The position numbers were made by a program, and so were the translations under genes. Source: Squalus acanthias (lineage: Eukaryota). Taken from it: 64,000 nucleotides of DNA. The stretch lies in NCBI GenBank assembly GCA_030390025.1, contig CM059438.1, positions 60,886,001 to 60,950,000 of the forward strand, written 5' to 3'. Under the pieces are notes generated by a model that saw nothing but the letters and a program-made list of their open reading frames with translations, made no database searches and was not told the DNA's origin. Of this stretch, positions 40,001 through 52,000 are shown in pieces; the stretch's first letter is position 1; every line of letters starts with the position of its first letter.

Positions 40001-43000
40001 CGCCGTTAGTCAACGGCCGTCCGAGACAACGCTCGCCGGGTTCCAGGGCTCTTACCAAACGCCGTTCCAATTCGGATCAGCTGTGAGGTTCCCGGGCCAT
40101 TCTCTCAGCGCTCTTGACTTTTTCCCGCTAGTTCAGTATTGGGTCCCTCCCACCCCACTCCAGCTGTCCAGTGCACGGCCTGAGAATTTAAGTGCGCGGG
40201 AGCTTTCGGATCCGTGCGCGGCCGCACACCTTAGAGGGAACATAGGTCAGGACGCCGAGGTCCGTCTAGTGTCTCTTCACAATGAAGCGGGAATGCTGGT
40301 TAACACCTTGCTTAGAGATGCACAGCGCAGGTACAGTAACGTTAACAGACGATAGAGAGGGAGGAACTTCTGACGACTGCAGTTACATAGCTTAGAAACA
40401 GGCCATTCGGTCCAACTGGTCTATGCCGGCATTTATGCTCTACACGAGCCTGCTCCCACCCTAGTTTATCTCACGCTATCACGATATCCTTCTATTCCTT
40501 TCTCCCTTATGTACTTGTCTAGCTTCCCCTTGAAACACAGACTCAGAATGATAGAGCACAGAAGGAGGCCACTTGTCCCATTATGCCGGCTCTTTGAAAG
40601 AGCTATCCAATTAATCCCATTCCCTTGCTCTTTCCCCATAGCCCTGCACATTTTTCCCTTTCAAGTATTTATTTAATTCCCTTTTGAAAATGATTATTGA
40701 ATCTGCTTCCACCACCCTTTCAGGCAGGTCCATCTCTGCTACTTGCCTCAACTACTCCTTGTGGTAGCAAGTTCTACATTCTAACCACACTCTGGGATAG
40801 ATACTGTTCTCTACAGCCCCGACTGGGAGTTCAGAAGGTTGTTGCCTGCCCGGTGCCAGGGTAAAGGATGTCTCCTCGCAGCTGGAGAAGAACTTGGAGT
40901 GGGATGAGAGCTAGGGTCCAAATTAAAACGCAGAACCTCACAGGTAATAATCTCTGGATTGTTTGAGCCACGTACAAATTGGCAATAGGGACAAACAGAT
41001 TAGAAGGTTAAATGCGTGGCTCAGAGTGGTGTGGGAGGCAGGGGTTTCAATTCATGGGGCACTGGCACCAGTACTGGGAAAAGAGAGAACTGTTCCGTGG
41101 GGACGGGCGCCACTTAAACCGGGCTGTGACCAGTGTTCTGGCGAATCGAATAACTAGGGCAGTAGATAGAGCTTTAAATTAATGAAGGGGGGGGGGGGAA
41201 TTCAGGAAAGGGTAAGTTCAAAAGCAGTAAGAGAAATGTCAAGGCTGTAGAGCAGAGTAGTGATCTGGGTAAAGATAAGCAGAGTGGGCGATGAAGGGAC
41301 AGAAAGATTAATAACGGTAATAGGGCATTAGTGACTAAGTGACATCAGGGAAAAATAGAAAAAAGTTAAAGCTAAAGTACTATATCTGAATGCATGAAGC
41401 ATTCGCAACAAAATAAATGAATTAACAGCGCAGATAGAAATAAATGGGTTTGATTTAATAACCATTTCAGAGATGTGGTTGCAGAGTGACCAAGGTTGGG
41501 AACCAAATATTCCAGGATATTTGACTTTTAGAAGAGACAGGCAGAATGGAAAAGGAGGAGGGGTAGCCCTGATAATAAAAGGAGGGAATAAAGACAGGAG
41601 AGAGAAAGGATCTTGGCTCGGAAAAACAAAATGCAGAATCAGTTTGGGTGGAGCTAAGAAACAAAAAGAGGCAGAAAACACTAGTGGGAGTAGTCTATAG
41701 GCCCCCGAACAGTGGTTGCACTGTCAGGCAGAGTATAAATCAGGAAATTAGAGATGCATGTAACAAGGGTAATACAGTTATCATGGGGGACTTTAACTTT
41801 CATATAGACTGGGCAAACCAATTTTGCAGAAATAGTGCAGAGGAAGAGTTCATGGAATACAATCAAGATAGTTTTCTAGATCAGTATGTCAAGGAACCTA
41901 CGAGGGAAATTGGTTATTTTAGATCTAGTACTGTGCAATGAGACAGGGTTAATTAATAACCTTGTAGTAAAGGAGGCTCTGGAGAGCAGTGATCATAATA
42001 TGATAGAATTTTATGTTGAGTTTGAGAGTGATTTAGTTAAGTCTGAAATTAGGGTCCTAAACCTGAACAAAGCAAACTATGTAGGTAAGAAATTATTCTT
42101 AATTTGCAACGAATATAAATTCCCTTAAGGAATAAAAACACCACGGGAAAAATGGTCCAACCGTGGCTAAGAGAAATTAAAGATAGTATTAGATTAAAGG
42201 AAGAGGCTTATAATGTTGCCAAAAAGAGTAGCAAGCCTGAGGATTGGGAGGATTATAGAATTCAGCAAAGGAGGACCAGGAAATTGATAAAAGGGAAAAC
42301 AGAAAGAGTAAATTACCGAGACACATAGAAACAGACGGTAAAAGCTTCTATAGGTATGTAACATGGGTACCTAACAGGCTGAGACAGGGAAAATTATAAC
42401 GGGGAATAAGGAAATGGCAGAGAAATTAAACAAATACTTTGGGCTGGATTTTGATACTGGGGCGGGTTGGGGTCGTGTCATCCGCATTTCGTGTTATCCA
42501 CCCGACTGCAATTGGATGTGGGAGATTGATGCAATTTTCACCTAATTGGGCAACTGAGTTCCAGCATGTGGGAACCCATGAACCAATTAGTATTTTCAGT
42601 CTGAAAGTCGCCTCTGATGATGTCATCATTGCTGCTGCATTGCAGGTCAGAGACTGCCTGGCCTTTGCTGTGAGAGAACCTGGATGCAAAATGAGCAGCA
42701 GCTCTAAGGAAGAAAGAGACAGAGAGAGAGACAGAGAGAGAGTTTTTTTTTGCATCCAGGTCCTCTCACAGCAAAGGCCAGGCAGTCTCTGAAGACCTTC
42801 AATGCAGCAGCATCAGAGGCGACTTTCAGACCTAATACTACTACTATCTTCATCACATCTCCGTTGTAATAGTGGACCTGCAGCTGATAGTCAGCTATCC
42901 AAATGTGCTCCCGCCAGGTTTCACAATCGTGGTTCAGAACAGGCGTGCTTCACGTAGATCAAGGGTTAAAATCACACAGGCCTTTCAAAATGGCATTATA

Positions 43001-46000
43001 GAGCCAATTTAGTGCTTGTTAAGGGCCTTAACAGCCTGTCCCACCTCTTAAAGGCGGGACAGAGTCAGGACCAGCAGACACGTTTTAATGAAAATTGCGT
43101 GGAGGCGGGATGGAGGCGGACTTGTGCCCGCCCGCCAGTTTTTGCAATTTTAACCCCCCCACACGCCTCCAAACCCGCCTCCACGGGTCAATGAAAATCT
43201 AGCCGTGTGTCTGTCTTCACGGAAGAAGACGCAAAAAACCTCCCGGAAATAGTGGAGAGCCAAGGGTCTAGCGAGAATGAGGAACTGAAAGAAATTAGTA
43301 TTAGTAAAAAAATAGTACTGGAGAAATTAATGGGACTGAAAGCTGATAAATCCCCTGGACCTGATGGCCTACATCCTAGGGTTTTGAAAGAGGTGGCTAT
43401 AGAGATAGTGGATGCATTGGTTGTCATCTTCCAAAATTCCAGAGATTCTAGAATGGTTCCTGCAGATTGGAAGGTAGCAAGTATAACCCCACTATTTAGG
43501 GAGGAGGGAGAAAGAAAATGGGGAACTATAGAGCAGTTAGCCTGACATTAGTAGTAGGGAAAATGCTAGAATCTATTATTAAGGACGAGGTAACAGGGCA
43601 CTTAGAAAATAATAATAGGATTGGGCAGAGTCAACACGGATTTATGAAAGGGAAACCATATTTGACAAATCTAAGAGTTTTTTGAGGTTGTAACTAGCAG
43701 AATAGATAAGGGGGAACCAGTGGATATAGTGAATTTGGATTTTCAGAAGGCATTCGATAAGGTGCCACACAAGAGGTTATTAAACAAAATTAGGGCTCAT
43801 GGGATTGGGAGTAATATACTCGCATGGATTGAGGATTGGTTAACGGACAGAAAACAGAGTAGGAATAAACAGGTCATTTTTGGGTTGGCAGGCTTTAACT
43901 AGTGGGGTACTGCAAGGATCAGTGCTTGGGCCTCAGCTATTCACAATCTACATCAATGATTTGGATGAGGGGACCAAATGTAATATATCCAAATTTGCTG
44001 ATGATACAAAGCTAGGTTGTGAGGAGGATGCAAAGAGGCTTCAAGGGGTTATAGACAGGCTAAGCGATTGGGCAAGAACATGGCAAATGGAATATAATGT
44101 GGAGAAATGTGAAGTTATCCACTTTGGTAGGAAAAATAGAAAAGCAGAGTATTTTTTAAATGATGAGATTGGGAAATGTTGGTGTTCAGAGGGACCTGGG
44201 TGTCCTTGTACACGAATCACTGAAAGTTAACATGCAGGTACAGCAAGCAATGATGAAAGCAATGTTGGCCTTTATTACAAGAGCATTTGAGTACAAGAGT
44301 AAAGACGTCTTACTGCAATTATATAGGGCCCTGGTGAGACCACACCTGGAGTATTGTGTACAATTTTGGTCTCCTTACCTAAGGAAGGATATACTTGCCA
44401 TAGAGGGAGTGCACCAAAGGTTCACCAGACTGATTCCTGGGATGGGGGGATTGTCCTATGAGGAGAGATTGAGTAGACTAGGCCTGCATTCTCTAGAGTT
44501 TTTAAAGAATGAGAGGTGGTCTCATTGAAACATACAACATTTTTACAGGGCTGGACAGGGTGGATGCAGGGAGGATGTTTCCCCTGGCTGGGGAGTCTAG
44601 AACCAGGGGTCACAGTCTCAGAATAAGGGGTCGGCCATTTAGGACTGAGATGAGAAATTTCTTCACTCAGAGGGTGGTGAATCTTTGGAATTCTCTACCC
44701 CAGAGGGCTGTGGCGGCTCAGTCGTTGAGTATATTCAAGACAGAGATCGAGAGAGTTTTGGCTATTAAGGGAATCAAGGGATATGGGGATAGTGCAGGAA
44801 AGTGGAGTTGAGGTAGAAGATCAGCCATGATCTTATTGAATTGCAGGCTCGAGGGGCCGAATGGCCTACTCCTGCTCCTATTTCTTATGTTCTTAAAGAA
44901 GTTTCTCCTAAATTCCTTATTGGATTTATTAGTGACTATCTTACATGCATGGTTTGGATTCGTTACAAAGACCCGGGGGTGGGGTTATATGCTGTAGCCA
45001 AGATGCACTTACATTCAGAGTGCTTATAAAACTTGAAGTAAACATTTACAGCCTCGATGACTTAAGCTGTGATTAATTATGTATAAATGTTACATTACAT
45101 TAGATATTGAAACTAGGAGACCGTGGCACTAAAATATCTGGGCTCAGATTCCCTGTGTGAAAGGACTGATTGGATCAGATTGCATGGTGACCTTATTCTT
45201 TTTTCTCAATATCCAACACTGCATCCCCTTTAGCTTCAGAGACCCGAGAGATGGAAGTAATTGGACCCCGAGTTCCTTAACCTGAGCCCACAGTACCAGA
45301 AATACAGCTTTTGAGTACGGTATTTGCTCCATCCCCACCTAACCCACTAAACAGTCTGGTTCTGGCCTGAAAAAATCCGGTAGGTAAACTCGGAGAATTT
45401 TTTTCACGCAGAAAATTGTTGTGATCTGGAATGCACTGCCTGAAAGGGCGGTGGAAGCAGATTCAATAGTAACTTTCAAAAGAGAATTGGATAAATACTT
45501 GAAAAGGAGAAATTTGCAGGGCTGTGGGGAAAGAGCAGGGGAGTGGGACGCATTGGACAGCTCCTTCAAAAAGCCGGCACAGGCAGGATGGGCCGAATGG
45601 CCTCCTTCTGTGTTGTATGATTCTGTAGTACTCTATGCATGGCGTTCGTATAGCGAAGGATGAAGTTGAACGAGTCTCAGTAGACTCAATGCTCAATAAG
45701 TTCAACCCAATGTAGAGCAGTAATTAAAGAAAACTCCAGCAGATTATTGAGCTACATGGCCTGTACAGTAGAATACAAGTCAGAGAAAGTTGTGATCAAA
45801 CTGTAGAGAGCTCTGGTCAGACCGCACCTCTGACACGGGGAAACATTGAAACAGCAGAGGCAGTGCAAAACAGAGCCATAAGGCGGATCCCCAGCAGTAC
45901 AGTTGAGCAAAGCCTCGATAGGTGACCGTAGAGGTTTACAAGATAGTAAATGGCAAATCTGTAGTAAATGGTAAATCTGGACTATTACTTCAAATTAAAT

Positions 46001-49000
46001 CACCAGAGCAGAACAAGGTACACAGGTTCAAACTAGTAAAAGACAAAGTTAGCATTGCTGTCACCAAATTCCTCTTCACACAAAGAGCGATCAACCGTGG
46101 AATGGACTCCCAGAAAGAGCAGCACCAATCAGAGTCCAGTTCTAGCGAGCATGGGACCGCAACACACGAATGCCTCTAAACAATCGCAGTCAGAGAGAGA
46201 GGCCGCAGAATGGCTGGTGTGGGAAATGGTAAAATGGCATACTTGGGAGAGTAGGGGGAGCTCTTCAGGGGTTGCTCTTCAGGGGTTAGAGGCCAAACAT
46301 GTGCTTGGGGCGAGAGTAGAGGAAACTGTACTCTGCGCCTGACTGTGTTGCGTCCGAGCAGAGAACACTTGATACCAACACCTGGAGCACAGAACTCATA
46401 GAAACATAGAAGATAGGAGCAGGAGTAGGCCATTCGGCCCCTCGAGCCTGCTCCGCCATTCGATGAGATCATGGCTGATCATCCAAACTCAGTACCCTGT
46501 ACCTGCCTTCTCCCCATATCCCTTGATACCTTTAGCTTTAAGAAATATATCTAACTCATTCTTGAATATATTTAATGACTTAGCCTCAACTACCTTCTGT
46601 GGTAGAGAATTCCACAGGTTCACCACTCTCTGGGTGAAGAAATTCTTCCTCATTTCTGTCCTAAATGGCTTACCCCTTATCCTTAGATTATGACCCCTGG
46701 TTCTGGACTCTCCGACCATCAGGAACATTCTTCCTGCATCTAGTTTGTCCAGACCTGTCAGAATTTTATATGTTTCGATGAGATTCCCTCTCATTCTTCT
46801 ATACTCCAGCGAGTATAAGCCCAATCGACCCAATCTCTCCTCATATGTCATTCCTGCCATCCCATGTATCAGCCTTGTGAATCTTCGCTGAACTCCTTCC
46901 ATGGCAAGAACATCCTTCCTCAGATAAGGCGACCAAAACGGCACACAGTACTCAAGGTGTGGTCTCACCAAGGCCCTGTACAACTGCAGCAGGACATCCC
47001 TGTTCCTATACTCAAACTCTTTCGCTATAAAGGCCAACATACCATTTGCCTTCTTCACCGCCTGCTGCACCTGCATGCTTACTTTCAGCGACTGGTGCAC
47101 AAGGACACCTAGGTCTCGTTGCACTTCCCCTTCTCCCAATCTATTGCCATTCAGATAATAGTCTGCCTTTCTGTTTTTGACACCAAAGTGGATAACCTCG
47201 CACTTATCCACGTTATATTGCATCTGCCACGCTTCTGCCCACTCACCCAACCTGTCCAAATCATCCTGGAGTTTCTCGGTATCCTCTTCGCAGCACACAC
47301 TCCCACCCAGCTTTGTGTCATCTGCAAACTTGGAGATATTACATTTAGTTCCCTTATCCAGATCATTAATGTATATTGTGAATAGCTGGGGTCCAAGAAC
47401 CGATCCCTGTGGTACCCCACTAGTCACTGCTTGCCACTCGGAAAAAGACCCATTAATTCCTACTCTCTGCTTTCTGTCCGCCAACCAGTTCTCTATCCAA
47501 GTCAATACCTTGCCCCCAATCCCATGTGCCTTAACTTTACACGCTAATCTCATATGCGGGACCTTATCGAAAGCCTTTTGAAAGTCCAAATACACCACAT
47601 CTACTGGTTCTCCCTTATCTATTTTCCCAGTTACATCCTCAAAAAATTCCAGTAGATTAGTCAAGCACGATTTACCTTTTGTAAATCCATGCTGACTTTG
47701 TCCGATCCTGTCACTGTTTTTTCAAGTGCTCAGCTATTACATCCTTTATACTGGACTCTAGCATTTTCCCCAATACCGATGTCAGGCTTACCGGTCTGTA
47801 ATTTCCCGCTTTCTCTCTACCACCCTTTTTGAATAGTGGGGTAACATTGGCTACCCTCCAATCCATGGGTACAGTTCCAGATTCCATCGAATGTTGGAAG
47901 ATGATCAGCAATGCATCTACTATTTCTAGGGCCACTTCCTTAAGTACCCTAGGATGTAGATTATCAGGCCCTGGGGATTTATCGGCCTTCAATCCCGTCA
48001 ATTTCCCTAACACCATTTCCCTGCAAATACTGATTTCTTTCAGTTCCTCCCTTTCATCAGACCGTATGTTCTCCAACATCTCTGGGAGGTTATTTGTGTC
48101 CTCCTTTGTGAAGACAGAACCAAAATATGCATTTAATTGGTCTGCCATTTCTTTGTTCCCCATTATAACTTCCCCCGCTTCTGACTGCAAGGGACCTACA
48201 CTTGATTTCACTAATCTTTTTCTCTTCACATATCTATAAAAGCTCTTACAGTCAGTTTTTATGTTGCCAGCAAGCTTACTTTCATATTCTATTGTCCCCT
48301 TCTTAATTAATCCCTTTGTCCTCCTTTGTTGAATCCTAAACTGCTCCCAATCCTCAGGGCTACTGCTTTTTCTGGCCAATTTATATGCCCTCTCCTTGGA
48401 TCTTATGCTATCCCTAATTTCCCTTGTTAGCCACGGTTGAGTCACCCTTTTTGTTTTATTCTTATGCCACACTGGGATGAACAAATTCTGTAGTTCATCC
48501 ATGCAGTCTTTGAATGTTTGCCATTGCCGATCCACCGTCAACCCCTTGAGTGACATTCCCCAATCAATCCTACCCAATTCGCGCCTCATACCATCGTAGT
48601 TTCCTTTATTTAAATTCAGGACCCTAGTCTCTGATTCAACTACTTCACTCTCCATCCTAATGAAGAATTCTATCATATTATGATCACTCTGACCCAAGGA
48701 GCCTCGTACAACAAGATTGCTAATTAATCCTTTCTCGTTACATAATACCCAGTCTAAGATGGCCTGATCTCTGGTTGGTTCCTCGACATATTGTTCCAGA
48801 AAACCATCTCGTAAACATTCTAGGAATTCCTCCTCCACAGTATTTTTACTAATTTGGTTAGCCCAATCTATATGTAAATTAAAGTCACCCATGATGACTG
48901 CTGTGCCCTTACTGCATGCTTCTCTAATTTCCCTTTTAATGCCGTCCCCAACCTCCGTATTACTGTTTGGAGGTCTATATACCACTCCCACTAACGTTTT

Positions 49001-52000
49001 CTGCCCCTTGTTATTTCTCAGTTCTACCCATACAGATTCCGCATCATCAGAGCTAATATCCTTCCTTTCAATTGTGTTAATCCCCTCTTTAACCAGCAAT
49101 GCTACCCCACCTCCCTTTCTTTTTTGCCTATCTTTCCTAAATATTGAATAACCCTGGATGTTGAGTTCCCAGCCTTGGCTACCCTGGAGCCATGTTTCTG
49201 TAATCCCAATCAAATCGTATTCATTTACCTCTATTTGCGCAGCTAATTCATCCACCTTGTTCCGAATGCTCCTTGCATTAAGACACAAAGCCTTCAGGCT
49301 TGTTTTTTTAACGCTCTCAGACCTATATGAATTATTATTTACTGTGACCATGTTTGATTTAAACCGTTGAGTTCTTTGCCTTCTACTTTTGTTTTTCTCC
49401 TTCCTGTCTTTAGCTTTTATCCTTGTTTCCCTTTCCTCTGTCTCCCTGCTCAGGTTCCCAACTCCCTGCCACTTTAGTTTAAACCCTCCCCAACAGCACT
49501 AGCAAACACTCCCCCTAGGACATCGGTCCCGGCCCTGCCCAGGTGCAGACCGTCCCGTTTGTACTGGTCCCACCTCCCCCAGAACCGGTTCCAATGTCCA
49601 AGGAATTTGAATCCCTCCCCCTTGCACCATTCCTCTAGCCATGTATTCATTTGAAATATCCTCCTATTTCTACTCCTACAAGTACACATCAACGGATGGC
49701 TAGCGCTGTACTGACAGGAGTCAACTTGCCACAACAATCGAGCCTAAACTGCAATGTGCGCTTCTGACCCTAACTCAAGCTGGACCTGGCTGGATACGCC
49801 TCCTATTCACATGCACGCTGCTCCTGCAGGAACCCGATAGGAAATGGACCAAGTACATTATCTAAGGGAGGGCAGGGGTGTCGCGCACAATGTTCCCGTT
49901 AATTTTATTTTAGGTGCGTGGCCCCTTTAAGGGGCTGCGCGGCCCATCCTCGCATGCACTTTTTTTAACCATTGAAAAGCCAGCTGTGTGGAAGGTTCAG
50001 AGAGCTGCGCAGCCACATGGCTTAAAGGGAACATTGGTCACACACCACTCGTTCGCAGCACGGAGACAGAGACAGAATCGCACAAATCATCATCAACTTC
50101 AGCTAGCAGACAGAACCCGCCACCTCGGCGCTCCTCTCACCTGCCACTGCTCCGCCTCCTGCACCTGTTGTCGGAACGTGCCGTCGACGCCGTCACTCTC
50201 CGACGCATTGCCGTCACTCTCCAGCACCGGGAGCAGGTACTGAGAGGGAGGCACATACTCGATTCCAAGCTCTGGAACGAAAGCAGAAAAAACAACAGGC
50301 TGATCCGAGCATGTCCACAGTGAGGCCCGTAACCTGACCATTTCAGACCCGCTGCTTCTTCCAAACATCTCCCCACAGGAAGTAAATCACATCCAATTTG
50401 TTTTCGTCCCTGTAACATCTTCCATTTTTTTGCCTTCCTTTCCCTGAAGATACTGGGATATGGGTCCAGCCAAGTGGCTGTTCTTCGAGTGCAAGTGCGA
50501 GCAGGCCACTCAACTGCGATTGAAACCAAGGCCGCGCTGTCGTCACCTCCGCACTCCACCGTTCCAGTAGGACCCACTGGGAGTGGTCAGGAGTGGATGG
50601 GTGATTTTAAAAAGAAAGAAACTTGCATTTATACAGCGCCTTTCACAACCTCAGAACATCCCAAAGCGCTTTACAGCCCATTCTTGTTGTAATGCGGGAA
50701 ACACAGCAGTCAATTTGCGCACAGCAAGATCCCACAAACAGCAATGAGGTAATGACCAGAATATCGTGCTTTTTTAAATTATTAATGTGATGTTGGTTGA
50801 GGGATCAATATTGGCCAGGTTGCCGGGGAGAACTCCCCTGCTCTTCTTTGAAATTTTACCCCATCAAAGCCTGGGGACAGAACCCAAATCTAGCCAGGGT
50901 GGCAGTAGGGAGAACTGCCTGTGGAACCTGGGACCTTCTGGTCTAGCTGGGTGGTGCATTTACCCACTGAGGCAAGCAATCCTTCATTTACTTTAAGACT
51001 TTACTGTAATTTAACATTGCTCACTGATCTGGTCAGTTCGCATCTCAAAAGGGTTCTGCCAAGTCATTACTTCAGCAGAGTGAATACAAATCATCGGTAA
51101 ACCCACTCCCCGCGCTCAAACCCAGCATCAGCTAACAGAACGGGACTGAAGACGACCTCCTCCACATATGAAGAGCCAAGAACAAAACTGCAGGAGCTGG
51201 TCCGACATAGATCAACGAGGGCAGGGGCAGGGCAGGAGTATAGGTCACTGCAGGACAGTCGGTACATGGCTGGAAATCACTGATGCATGCTCCCCAGGTG
51301 AAATAATGCACCATACTGAGCCATAGGGACCAGCAAAATCAACAGTTAGATTCCTGGTCTGTAGGCAGTTAGTTGTAGCGTTAGAATAGTCATCTCCATC
51401 CCTTACCAAAAAGGGCGACAAAAAAAAACTCAGGCAGTGACACTGCTGGAAAGTGCAAGTGTGTGGACAGCAGGTGAACATAGGATTAGGTTTGGCCGTG
51501 ATGCCCCATACAGTCAAATAGCTGGATGACATTCACCGCCTATTCTTTGTGTGTCAGTCTAGCTGCTTGAACGAGGCACCAAAGGACAGCTGGTGACTGC
51601 GAAGTGTCCAATATCATTGCCGGAGCAGTGAAACATGAGCAAACTGCCTGGGGAAGGAGAGAAGGGAAGGGCCCTGGACTGAAACCAAACACGTGGGTTA
51701 GTGAAAACAAAAAAAAAAGGGGTCATGGAAATACATCTGACTTTACTTCACAATATTCAGCTCGGAATCGTTGGGAAATATGACTCGTGTCGAGGGTTTG
51801 GGAAAAAGGTGAAAACTTGGGACAATAAATTAAATCACTATTCAACACAATGATAGCGATAAACTAACATCCGTTCATTACACCAAACAGGCAGTAAAGG
51901 GGAGACAAGATGGGAATTGTCAGAAAAACATAGCAGGTCAGTCAGCCTCTGAAAGAGAGAGGCCGGAATTTTCCCGTTGCCGAGCGTGCGGGTTTGGGGG

